This document shows, in pieces, positions 10,565-19,980 of a stretch of 32,048 nucleotides of DNA. The DNA comes from an uncultured Anaerolineaceae bacterium (GTDB taxonomy: Bacteria; Chloroflexota; Limnocylindria; Limnocylindrales; CSP1-4). The first letter of the stretch is position 1. Each line of letters opens with the position of its first letter. The stretch spans positions 1 to 32,048 of the forward strand of contig CAZFLI010000001.1 of assembly GCA_964519845.1 (NCBI GenBank), written 5' to 3'. The position numbers and the translations under genes are program-made. Below the pieces are notes generated by a model that worked only from the letters and a program-made list of their open reading frames with translations, was not told the origin of the DNA and searched no databases.

Positions 10565-11341
10565 GTGACCGGTCGCTCCTCGACTACCCGCGCCGACGGA
10601 GGGGGATCGAACGGATTCCGCCCTCCCGAGCCGGACACGACGACCGGCGAACGGGACGGCCCGGTGGTCGAGGGGCGTCGCTACGAAGGCCTGCACATCC
10701 CTGCGCTCGAGTACTGCCTCCCGGGCGGCGTGCTGCAGGGGTTCGAGGCCATCGACTGCCAGATCGACCAGGTACGCCTCGGAACGACCGGCCCGGAGGA
10801 GGAGCCGGTCGTTGTCCGCGACTGCCGTCTCGAGCGGTGCCACGTCCGGTTCGCCTCGCTGTGGTACGTCCAATTCGAGGACTGCCTCGTCGAGGGCATG
10901 AAGGGCGCCATTCCCTATCTCACCTACGGGCCGATGCTCAAGCACGTCGTGGTCCAGGGAGCGATCGATTCGCTGTATGTCCTGCACCCGGGCCGGTTCG
11001 ACGTTGACATGCAGGTCATCCTTCGGCGGCGGGAATTCTACGCCGGGGTGGACTGGGCCCTGGACATCAGCCGCGCTCAGATTGGGGACTGCGAACTCAG
11101 CGGCGTGCCGGGCAGGCTGATCCGTCGCGATCCGGCAACTCAGGTCCTGGTGACCCGCGAACGTGTGTCGGCTGCTCCCTGGCAGGAGGTCACCGAGGGG
11201 GTGCCGCAGTTCTTCGCGATCCAGGGTTTCCTGAGGTCGGACATGGACTCGATCGTCCTCGTCGCCGCCGGCCCCCTTCGATCGCAGGATCTGTCGGTCT
11301 TCGACCGGTTGCGCGCAGCGGGCATTGCCGAGCCCGACTGA
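10565..11341 (+). CDS. Hypothetical protein (258 aa) with a recurring x-D-C-x motif
   Basis: Track ORF with a GTG start and coding-like third-position G/C bias. The motifs AIDCQIDQVRLG, VRDCRLERCHVR, FEDCLVEGMKG and IGDCELSGVPG recur. I recognise no family. Confidence 0.5.
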   Translation: MTGRSSTTRADGGGSNGFRPPEPDTTTGERDGPVVEGRRYEGLHIPALEYCLPGGVLQGFEAIDCQIDQVRLGTTGPEEEPVVVRDCRLERCHVRFASLWYVQFEDCLVEGMKGAIPYLTYGPMLKHVVVQGAIDSLYVLHPGRFDVDMQVILRRREFYAGVDWALDISRAQIGDCELSGVPGRLIRRDPATQVLVTRERVSAAPWQEVTEGVPQFFAIQGFLRSDMDSIVLVAAGPLRSQDLSVFDRLRAAGIAEPD

Positions 11342-11351
11342 GCGGCCCTCT

Positions 11352-11381
11352 TGCGCGATCCCCCTCGCCGACCTTACACTT
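11352..11381 (+). promoter_or_regulatory. Candidate sigma-70/sigA-type promoter of the met leader (-35 TTGCGC, 18-nt spacer, -10 TACACT)
   Basis: TTGCGC lies at 11352..11357 and TACACT (TAnnnT) at 11376..11381. The first ATG, at 11391, begins 10 nt after the -10 and has no SD. Confidence 0.35.
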
Positions 11382-11390
11382 CGGCCCCAA

Positions 11391-12994
<1,604 letters not shown>

Positions 12995-12996
12995 CC

Positions 12997-14172
12997 GTGA
13001 AGCGGACCCCGGCGGTCAAGTGGGTTGCGGAGGGCCGCGGCACGTCCGCGCCCGCCGAATCCCCCGCCGGGGCGCCCGCCTTCGATCCGGGCGATCCGGG
13101 CATTTCGACCGCACGCTCCGACCCAGGTTTTCGTAGCGTTAGGGATGTGGATGCCAGCGGCGACTCCCAGACCGGCCGGATCGTCTCGCGCTGGCTGGGA
13201 CGGTTCGTCCTGGAGTCCGGCGCCGTCCTGCCGGACCTGGTCGCAGCCTACCGCCACGACGGCGTGCCGATCGGCGAGGGCCGCCAGATCCTGGTCGTCC
13301 ACGCCCTGACCGGCTCGGCCGACGCCGCCGGAGACTGGTGGGCGCCGCTGATCGGGCCGGGCCAGGCCCTGGACACGGACAAGTTTGGCGTCATCTGCAT
13401 CAACCTGCTGGGCAGCCGCTACGGCACCAGCGGCCCCACGTCGCGCAACGCCGTCACCGGCAAGCCCTACGGCCGAGCCTTCCCGCAGGTCACCGTGCGC
13501 GACCAGGCCCGGGCGCAATGGCGCCTGCTCGACGCCCTGGGCGTGCGCAAGCTCGCTCTTGCGGTGGGCGGCTCGCTGGGCGGCATGGTGGCCCTGGAGG
13601 TGGCACTGGAGCGTCCCGGCGAGATCAGCCGGGTCGTGCCGGTCGCGGCGCCGGCTCGCATCGGGCAGCTGGCCGTGGGCTGGAACCACATCCAGCTCGA
13701 GCTGGTGGACAAGCTGGGCCGGGAGGGCCTGGATCTGGCCCGCCAGCTGGCCATCACGACCTACCGCAGCGAGGTGGACTTCGAACAGCGTTTCGCCGGC
13801 CGCACCGAGCTGGACGGCACGCCCTCGGCCGTCAGCTACCTCCAGCATCAAGGACGGAAGCTGCTCGATCGGTTCGACGAGGACACATATCGCTGCCTGG
13901 TCCACGCCATGGACACGCACGATATCGGCCGGGATCGCGAGGGGCTCGTCCCGGCGCTGCGGCGCCTGGCCGCCTACGGCACGCGCCTGACCGGCGTGGG
14001 CATCGGGGGCGACATCCTCTTCGGCACCAACCAGGTGCGGGAGATGGTCGAGGCCGCTTGCGAGGCCAGCATGGACGCCGTCTACCGCGAGGTCAATTCC
14101 ACCAAGGGCCACGACGCCTTCCTGGTCGAGTGGGACCAGATGGCGGGGCTCCTCGCCGAGGCGCTGAAGTAG
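12997..14172 (+). CDS. metX: Homoserine O-acetyltransferase
   Basis: It contains FVLESGAVLPDLVAAYRHDG, VVHALTGSADAAGDWW, FGVICINLLGSRYGTSGP, the nucleophile-elbow VGGSLGGMVALE, and a late GHDAFL. The GTG at 12997 lies 2 nt after the metY stop. An in-frame GTG at 13147 is an alternative start, because the first ~50 aa are low complexity. Confidence 0.88.
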   Translation: MKRTPAVKWVAEGRGTSAPAESPAGAPAFDPGDPGISTARSDPGFRSVRDVDASGDSQTGRIVSRWLGRFVLESGAVLPDLVAAYRHDGVPIGEGRQILVVHALTGSADAAGDWWAPLIGPGQALDTDKFGVICINLLGSRYGTSGPTSRNAVTGKPYGRAFPQVTVRDQARAQWRLLDALGVRKLALAVGGSLGGMVALEVALERPGEISRVVPVAAPARIGQLAVGWNHIQLELVDKLGREGLDLARQLAITTYRSEVDFEQRFAGRTELDGTPSAVSYLQHQGRKLLDRFDEDTYRCLVHAMDTHDIGRDREGLVPALRRLAAYGTRLTGVGIGGDILFGTNQVREMVEAACEASMDAVYREVNSTKGHDAFLVEWDQMAGLLAEALK

Positions 14173-14391
14173 CGGAGGGCGGGTGGCGAGGCGGGGCGCC
14201 GCTACTGACCAACGATCATGAGACGGTCCCTGTGCGAGAAACGGCCGACTCACGGCGGCTCACGGACCTCGGATCCGACCAAAGGCAGCCGCCGATGGCC
14301 ACGGGCGGGCCTGATACGGCCTCGCACGCTCGGGCAATCGCCGATGCGGGGCTCCCCATCACAGTCCGCTGCGTCGCGTTCTGACTGGTGA

Positions 14392-14583
14392 TCACCTGGT
14401 GGTCGTTGAGCGTGCGTTGCTGCGGCCCTCGACCAGCAGCCGGACGACCTCGATCTCCCGCCCGTTGAGAGCGGGCAGCATCGCCGCATGGGGCTTGAGT
14501 CCAGACGCCAGCCCTCCGGCCGCGGCGCGCCAGCTATCGCGCAGGCCCCAGACTCGCTCCGGGCTGATCTGCTCTCGTCGCAA
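14392..14583 (-). pseudogene. Remnant of a LuxR/GerE-type HTH regulator (only the first helix region survives)
   Basis: The 63-aa ORF ends ...LPALNGREIEVVRLLVEGRSNARSTTTR followed by a stop. L-x-x-RE-x-EV-x-x-L-x-x-G-x-SN is the start of the LuxR C-terminal HTH, but the recognition helix (IA..L..S..TV..H) is missing in this frame. It is not convincingly recovered in the other two frames. There is no receiver or ligand domain upstream. Confidence 0.35.
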
Positions 14584-14672
14584 CGGAAGCTATCAAGCCG
14601 TCTCCGCCCCCTGGCCGCGGCCGTCCGCCGCGTGCCGCAGACCCCCGCCCCGCATCCGCGTTGGATGCCCTG

Positions 14673-14746
14673 GTGCATAATCCTATCCATTCACTCTGCA
14701 TATGCCATGCAAGACTTGCGCATATAGGCGCGGTCGTGCATAATCC
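14673..14746 (+). repeat. AT-richer island with a duplicated 11-mer GTGCATAATCC (63 bp apart) flanking the small palindromes TGCATatgccATGCA and GCGCatatagGCGC
   Basis: GTGCATAATCC occurs at 14673..14683 and again at 14736..14746. CATAATC also occurs on the minus strand at 21414..21420 upstream of cydA, which suggests a -10-type element. Confidence 0.55.
14716..14744 (+). promoter_or_regulatory. Candidate promoter of the dapB-dapA-dapD-lysA leader (-35 TTGCGC, 17-nt spacer, -10 CATAAT)
   Basis: TTGCGC lies at 14716..14721 and CATAAT at 14739..14744. The first ATG, at 14754, begins 10 nt after the -10 and has no SD. This is the same geometry and the same -35 hexamer as at 11352..11381. Confidence 0.4.
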
Positions 14747-14753
14747 GCCGACG

Positions 14754-14828
14754 ATGACCGCTCACCCGCTAGGCCTGCCCAAGTTCAAGCGCTGGCGGCC
14801 CCGCCGCATGGCCGGGCCCCGGGGCTAG
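14754..14828 (+). other. Candidate near-leaderless leader mini-ORF (24 codons) containing K-F-K
   Basis: My translation is MTAHPLGLPKFKRWRPRRMAGPRG followed by a stop (TAG 14826..14828). It is short and could arise by chance in GC-rich DNA. Confidence 0.25.
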
Positions 14829-14861
14829 CGCGTCCAGAGCGCCGGCCGGGGCAGGCTCCGG

Positions 14862-14900
14862 GGCCGCGACACCAGGGCAGGTGCCGCGGCCTTCTTCTAT
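14862..14900 (+). terminator. Intrinsic-terminator-like hairpin 41 nt upstream of dapB (GGCCGCGaCACC-agggca-GGTGcCGCGGCC followed by TTCTTCTAT)
   Basis: The stem is 11 bp with one A/C mismatch (14862..14873 pairing with 14880..14891), followed by a T-rich tail at 14892..14900. There is no upstream + strand gene for about 700 nt, so an attenuator role fits better than end-of-gene termination. Confidence 0.6.
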
Positions 14901-14941
14901 CCAGCACCCACCGCGCCCCAGGGCGCACCACGGAGGTTCGA

Positions 14942-15742
14942 ATGCAGAGCATCGTCGCCGGCGACGGAGGCATGGGCCGCGCGGTCGAGGCCGCGCTGGC
15001 CGGCCGGGGCACCCCCGCCCGGGCCGTACTCGGCATGCCTGCCGCCAGATCCGGCCACGGGCCCGAGGCATTTGCCGGAGCCCAGGTTCTGTTCGAGTTC
15101 AGCCAGGGCGACGCCGTCCTGCCGAACGTACGAGCGGCCCTGGCCGGAGGCATGCGGCAGTTCGTGATCGGGACGACGGCCTGGGCCGAGGACCGGGCGG
15201 AGGTGGAGCGCCTGCTGGCCGAGGCCGGCGGGGCGGCCGTCTCCTCGCCGAGCTTCAGCCTGGGGGTGATGCTCTTCGCCCGCCTGGCCGAGCAGGCCGC
15301 CCGCATGTTCGGGCCGTTCGCCGAATACGACCCGTACCTGGTGGAGTGGCACCGCCGTACGAAAGCGGACCGCCCCTCCGGGACCGCCCTGGAGTTGTCG
15401 CGCCGGATCATCGCCGCCCACCCCCGCAAGCAGCGGACCGCCCAGCTCCTGGCCCACGGCGCCCCCGCCCCGGAGGAGCTGGACGTGGCCGTCATCCGGG
15501 CCGGCGCCGCCCCGGGCATGCACCTCGTCGGTTTCGACGCCCCGGGCGAGAGCCTGGAGATGCGCCTGACCGCCCGCGACCGCTCCGCCTATGCGGCCGG
15601 CGCGCTGGCCGCGGCCGACTGGCTGCTGGCCGCTCCACGCGTCCCGGGCCTCCACACCTTCGACGAAGTGATCGATTCGATGATCGCCGCCACCGAGACA
15701 ACCGCCGCTCCGAGCGCCGCCCCGGCGCGCCCGAGCGCCTGA
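14942..15742 (+). CDS. dapB: 4-hydroxy-tetrahydrodipicolinate reductase
   Basis: GGAGG lies 6 nt upstream of the ATG. It has the motif EWHRRTKADRPSGTALEL (the E-x-H-H-x-x-K-x-D-A-P-SGTA family signature) and FVIGTTAW. Length is 266 aa. Confidence 0.88.
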   Translation: MQSIVAGDGGMGRAVEAALAGRGTPARAVLGMPAARSGHGPEAFAGAQVLFEFSQGDAVLPNVRAALAGGMRQFVIGTTAWAEDRAEVERLLAEAGGAAVSSPSFSLGVMLFARLAEQAARMFGPFAEYDPYLVEWHRRTKADRPSGTALELSRRIIAAHPRKQRTAQLLAHGAPAPEELDVAVIRAGAAPGMHLVGFDAPGESLEMRLTARDRSAYAAGALAAADWLLAAPRVPGLHTFDEVIDSMIAATETTAAPSAAPARPSA

Positions 15743-15758
15743 GCCGAGGAGAACCACG

Positions 15759-16787
15759 ATGCCAGCCAATCGCCAGATAAGAGGGGCCTTCACGGCTCTC
15801 GTGACTCCCTTCACCGCCGTAGGCGAGATCGACAAGGATGCCTTCCGGGCCCTTGTCCGCCGCCAGATCGACGCCTGCGTCGACGGCCTGGTCCTGGCCG
15901 CCAGCACCGGCGAGAGCCCCACGCTCGATCCCGAGGATCGCGAGTGGCTGGTGGCGGCAGCCGTCGAGGTCGCCTCGGAGAGGCCATCCCGCTGCCGCGT
16001 CAAGATCGTGGCCAACACCGGCACCAACGACACCGCGGCCACCATCGCCCTGACCCGCCGCGCCGCCGAGCTGGGTGCGGACGCCGCCATGTGCGTCGCG
16101 CCGTACTACAACAAGCCGGACCAGCGCATGCTCGAGGCTCACTTCCGGGCCGTCGCCGACGACGGCGCGCTGCCGATCGTCGTCTACAACGTGCCCAGCC
16201 GGACCGGCGTGAACATCGAAGCGGCCACCACCCTCAAGCTGGCCGAGCACCCGCGCATCGTTGCGGTGAAGGAAGCCTCGGCCAAGATGGAGCAAATCGC
16301 CACGATCCTGCGCGACCGCCCGGCCGACTTCTCGGTCATGGCCGGCGACGACGCCTGGACGCTGGCCATGCTGGCCATGGGCGGCGACGGCGTGATCTGC
16401 ACCTGCTCCAACGAGATCCCGGCCGAGATGGCGGCCATGTGCGCCGCCGCCTTCGCCGGCGACTGGGAAGCCGCCCGCCGGGTCCACGACCGCTGGCTGC
16501 CGCTGATGAAGGCCAACTTTGCCGGCGGGCCGAACCCCGTCCCCGTCAAGGCGGCCCTGGCGCTGATGGGCCTCTGCAGGGACACGGTGCGGATGCCGCT
16601 GCTCCCGCTCGAGGAGCCGTTCATCTCGCGCCTGCGTCTGGTGCTGGAGGCGACCGGGGCTCTCGAGCTGGGCGCAACGGCCCAGACCCCGCCGGCCAGG
16701 ACGCCTGCGGCCCAGGGCGAAGCCGGCTCGAAGCGATCGGCCGCGCATCTCTCGGTCGTCCCGCCCACCGTCTCCGCCCGCTCGTGA
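15759..16787 (+). CDS. dapA: 4-hydroxy-tetrahydrodipicolinate synthase
   Basis: GAGGAG lies upstream. It contains GAFTALVTPF, STGESPTL, VAPYYNKP, VVYNVPSRTG and the Schiff-base lysine in VAVKEAS. The last ~40 aa are a low-complexity extension. Confidence 0.9.
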   Translation: MPANRQIRGAFTALVTPFTAVGEIDKDAFRALVRRQIDACVDGLVLAASTGESPTLDPEDREWLVAAAVEVASERPSRCRVKIVANTGTNDTAATIALTRRAAELGADAAMCVAPYYNKPDQRMLEAHFRAVADDGALPIVVYNVPSRTGVNIEAATTLKLAEHPRIVAVKEASAKMEQIATILRDRPADFSVMAGDDAWTLAMLAMGGDGVICTCSNEIPAEMAAMCAAAFAGDWEAARRVHDRWLPLMKANFAGGPNPVPVKAALALMGLCRDTVRMPLLPLEEPFISRLRLVLEATGALELGATAQTPPARTPAAQGEAGSKRSAAHLSVVPPTVSARS

Positions 16788-16844
16788 TGACTGCCCGGAC
16801 GGCGCAATGCGGCGGCTGCGGGACCGATCCGCGATGATGCGCCC

Positions 16845-17654
16845 ATGAACGCGCGTACCTCAGCCGACATCCTGGCCGACCTGGACGCCGGGCGGATTCG
16901 GGCCGCCCATCCGGATCCGCAGGCGCCTTCGGGCTGGCGCGTCGACTCGTCCGTGCAGCAGGACATCCTGGGCCTGTTTGCCAACCGCGAGACCCGGACC
17001 TGGGACCTCGAGGGGGCGATGCAGTTCCGAGATCGCGTGGAGCTGCCGACCAAGGATCTGCTGGATTCGCCCGAGGCCCAGGCCGCCCTGGCCGCCGGCA
17101 AGCCGTGGCGGATCGTGCCCGGCGGGACGTCGGTCCGCGGCGGCGTCTACCTGGCGCCTGGGGTGACCATCATGCCGCCCGCTTACGTCAACATCGGGGC
17201 CTGGATCGGCGAAGGCACGATGGTCGATTCGCACGCGCTGGTGGGCTCTTGCGCCCAGATCGGTTCGCGGGTGCACCTATCGGCCGGGGTCCAGATCGGC
17301 GGCGTCCTGGAGCCGCCCGGCCGCCGGCCGGTGATCGTCGAGAACGACGTATTCGTCGGGGCGCAGGCCGCCCTGCTGGAAGGAGTGCTGGTTCGGACGC
17401 GGGCGGTGGTAGCTGCCGGCACGATCCTGACCGGCACCACCCGTCTCTACGACCTGGTCAACGAGCGGGTGATCGAGGGCACGCTGGACGAACCGCTGGC
17501 CGTGCCGGCCGGAGCCGTCGTCGTCCCGGGCGTGCGCTCCGCCTCCGGCCCATTCGCCGCGGAGAACGGCATCGCGCTCTCGGCCGCGGTCGTGGTCAAG
17601 TACCGCGACGAACGCACCGACGCGAGAGTCGCCCTGCAGGAGGCCCTGCGATGA
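16845..17654 (+). CDS. dapD: 2,3,4,5-tetrahydropyridine-2,6-dicarboxylate N-acyl(succinyl)transferase, hexapeptide-repeat family
   Basis: It shows a left-handed beta-helix hexapeptide run (YVNIGAWIGEGTMVDSHALVGSCAQIGSRVHLSAGVQIGGVLEP...VIVENDVFVGAQAALLEGVLV) in a DapD-like context between dapA and lysA. The acyl donor (succinyl versus acetyl) cannot be decided from the sequence alone. Confidence 0.8.
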   Translation: MNARTSADILADLDAGRIRAAHPDPQAPSGWRVDSSVQQDILGLFANRETRTWDLEGAMQFRDRVELPTKDLLDSPEAQAALAAGKPWRIVPGGTSVRGGVYLAPGVTIMPPAYVNIGAWIGEGTMVDSHALVGSCAQIGSRVHLSAGVQIGGVLEPPGRRPVIVENDVFVGAQAALLEGVLVRTRAVVAAGTILTGTTRLYDLVNERVIEGTLDEPLAVPAGAVVVPGVRSASGPFAAENGIALSAAVVVKYRDERTDARVALQEALR

Positions 17655-18967
17655 CGCCGGAATCATCGGCCGAGCCTGCCGGCCCCGCTCCCGACGGCAT
17701 CCTTCGTGACGGCCTGCTGGCCGGCATTCCGCCGGCGGACCTCGCGGACGAGTTCGGAACGCCGCTCTACGTCTACGACCTGGACCTGATCGTCGGCCGC
17801 GTAGAAACCCTGCGGGCCGCCCTGCCGCGCGGCTTTCGGGTGGCCTTCGCCGTCAAGGCCAACCCCGCCCTGGGGGTCCTGGCCGCCATCGCCGGCACGG
17901 GCGTCGGCGCCGACATCGCCTCGGCCGGCGAGCTGGAGGCCGTGCTGCGGGCCGGTTTCGCGCCCGGCCTGATCGCCATGACCGGACCCGGCAAGCGGGA
18001 CGCCGAGCTGCGAGCGGCCGTCGAGGCCGGCATCGGGGCTCTGACCGTGGAGTCGCCCGGGGAACTGGAGCGGCTGGAGGGCATCGCCGCCGCGGCCGGC
18101 CTCCGCCAACCGATTCTGCTGAGACTGGCCGTCTCGGAGGGCCGCCTCGAGCGAGTCAGCCTCATCAGCGGGGCCGAAGGCAAGTTCGGCATGCCGCTGC
18201 CGGTGCTGCGAGAGACGGCCCGGCGCGCCTCCGCCAGCCCCAACCTGGAGCTGCTGGGCCTGCACGCCTTCGGCGCCTCGAACCTGCTGGACGCCGGGCA
18301 GCTGGCGGATCACGTGGCCCAGCTCGTGGCCGTGGCCCGGGAAGTGGCGGCCGAGACCGGCACTCCCCTGCGCCTGGTGGATGCCGGCGGAGGGCTGGGC
18401 ATCCCCTACGACGAGAGTGAGCGGGCGCTGGACCTGGCCGCTCTCGCCACGCGGTTGACCGAGCTGCGGGCGGCCTGGGACGCCGACCCCCTGCTTCGCG
18501 AGACCGAGATCCTGCTGGAGCCGGGCCGCTGGATCGTGGGCCCGGCCGGGGCTCTGCTGCTGCGCGTCGTCGACGTGAAGGGCGACCGGCGATCCCCGGT
18601 GGCAATCCTGGACGGGGGCATCAACGATGCCGTCCGCCCCGCCCTGGTCCGGACCGAGCAGCGGCTGGCGCTTCTGGCGCCCGATGCGGCCTCACGCGAG
18701 CGGGTACCGGTGACCGCGGCAGGGCCGCTGTGCACCGGCCTGGACGTTCTTGCGCGGGCCGCCGATCTGCCCCGGCCGCAGCCGGGCGATCTGGTGGCCA
18801 TGCTCGACGCCGGCGCCTACGGCTTCACCGAATCGATGCCGCTCTTCCTGTCCCACCCAACGGCCGCCGAGGTCGCGGTGCGCGGCGGGCAGGCGCGACT
18901 CATCAGGCCGTCGATCGCGCCCCGGGAACTGCTCGACCGCCAGATCTCGCCGGACTGGGCTCAGTAG
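17651..18967 (+). CDS. lysA: Diaminopimelate decarboxylase
   Basis: An internal ATG at 17651 of track ORF 17105..18967 overlaps the dapD stop as ATGA. It contains FGTPLYVYD, the PLP lysine in FAVKANP, GGGLGIPY and DAGAYG. Confidence 0.9.
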   Translation: MTPESSAEPAGPAPDGILRDGLLAGIPPADLADEFGTPLYVYDLDLIVGRVETLRAALPRGFRVAFAVKANPALGVLAAIAGTGVGADIASAGELEAVLRAGFAPGLIAMTGPGKRDAELRAAVEAGIGALTVESPGELERLEGIAAAAGLRQPILLRLAVSEGRLERVSLISGAEGKFGMPLPVLRETARRASASPNLELLGLHAFGASNLLDAGQLADHVAQLVAVAREVAAETGTPLRLVDAGGGLGIPYDESERALDLAALATRLTELRAAWDADPLLRETEILLEPGRWIVGPAGALLLRVVDVKGDRRSPVAILDGGINDAVRPALVRTEQRLALLAPDAASRERVPVTAAGPLCTGLDVLARAADLPRPQPGDLVAMLDAGAYGFTESMPLFLSHPTAAEVAVRGGQARLIRPSIAPRELLDRQISPDWAQ

Positions 18968-19980
18968 CCGTCCGACTCCAGGCGCACCTTGCCGCGCAAC
19001 TTCCAGTAGACGAAGCCGGTGTAGGCCAGCACCAGCGGCATGCCGATGAGCGCTACAACCAGCATCACCGTCAGGGTCAGCTCGGACGAATGGGCGTTGC
19101 CCACCGTCAGGCTCCGCTCGGTGACGGTCGCCGGCACCAGATTCGGGTAGAGCGCCGCCGCGGCCGCCAGGGCCAGACCTGCCACCGCCGCGCTGCACAG
19201 CAGGAACGACCGCAGCGCCTGCCGGAGCAGGGTCGAGCGCAGGCCGAAGAGCAGGGCGTTGACGCCGATCAGCGGCCCGATCCAGGCCGCCATGGTGGCT
19301 TTGTAGTTGGCCACGGCCGGGCCGGAGTCCGACCAGGCCATCGCCGCCAGCACGACCCACAGCACCGCGACCGCGCCGATGGCCCCGAACTGGATCCGCC
19401 GCGAGCGCTCGGCGATGGCACCTTCGGTCTTGAGGACCAGCCAGGCCGTGCCCTGCATCACCGCCGCTGCCAGCGCCAGCGCGCCGGTCAGCAGGCCGAA
19501 CGGGTTCAGCAGCCCGGCCAGGCCGCCGCGGTAGATCCCCTGCTCGTCGAGGGCGATGCCGCCTATCAAGTTGCCCATCGCCACTCCAAAGAGGAGCGCC
19601 GCCACGGCCGAGCTGAGGGAGAAGACGACGTCCCAGCCGCGGCGCCACCAGACTGAGGCCTCCTTGCTGCGGTACTCGATGGCCACGGCGCGCAGGATCA
19701 GCGAGGCCAGGACCAGAACCATGGCCAGGTAGAAGCCGGAGAAGACCGTAGCGTAGACAAGAGGGAAGGCCGCGAACAGCGCGCCCCCGCCGGTGATCAG
19801 CCAGACCTCGTTGCCGTCCCAGACCGGGCCGACCGAGTTGAGGACGTGGCGCCGCTCGGTGTCCGTTCGGGCCACGATCAGGTGCACCGCGCCGGCCCCC
19901 AGGTCGAAGCCATCGAGGATGGCGTAGCCGGTCAGCAGGACGACCAGCAGGGCGAACCAGACGACAGGCAGATCAAGCAT
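18961..19980 (-). CDS. cydB: Cytochrome bd-type quinol oxidase subunit II
   Basis: It begins MLDLPVVWFALLVVLLTGYAILDGFDLGAG and is polytopic. It overlaps the cydA stop by 8 nt. Confidence 0.9.
   Translation of the reverse strand: MLDLPVVWFALLVVLLTGYAILDGFDLGAGAVHLIVARTDTERRHVLNSVGPVWDGNEVWLITGGGALFAAFPLVYATVFSGFYLAMVLVLASLILRAVAIEYRSKEASVWWRRGWDVVFSLSSAVAALLFGVAMGNLIGGIALDEQGIYRGGLAGLLNPFGLLTGALALAAAVMQGTAWLVLKTEGAIAERSRRIQFGAIGAVAVLWVVLAAMAWSDSGPAVANYKATMAAWIGPLIGVNALLFGLRSTLLRQALRSFLLCSAAVAGLALAAAAALYPNLVPATVTERSLTVGNAHSSELTLTVMLVVALIGMPLVLAYTGFVYWKLRGKVRLESDGY

Noticed and set aside
14250-14690. 146-aa minus-strand ORF and the + ORFs 14399..14680 and 14488..14727
   Set aside because: Their translations are Arg/Cys/Gly-rich with no motifs. 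They overlap the LuxR-HTH remnant in other frames and most likely arise by chance in non-coding GC-rich DNA.
14747-14941. A lysine (L-box) riboswitch upstream of dapB
   Set aside because: The leader length is compatible. However, I found none of the conserved L-box elements (AGAGGxGC, the GAAAGG-type turn, CCGAAG, CUGUCA).
14931-14941. GGTTCGAAT, a tRNA T-loop-like string
   Set aside because: It is the GGAGG Shine-Dalgarno plus spacer of dapB. There is no acceptor stem or anticodon stem around it.
14897-16748. Minus-strand ORFs 14897..16090 and 15492..16748, plus + strand alternate-frame ORFs over dapB/dapA
   Set aside because: They are shadows of dapB and dapA, with Arg/Gly-rich composition and no motifs.
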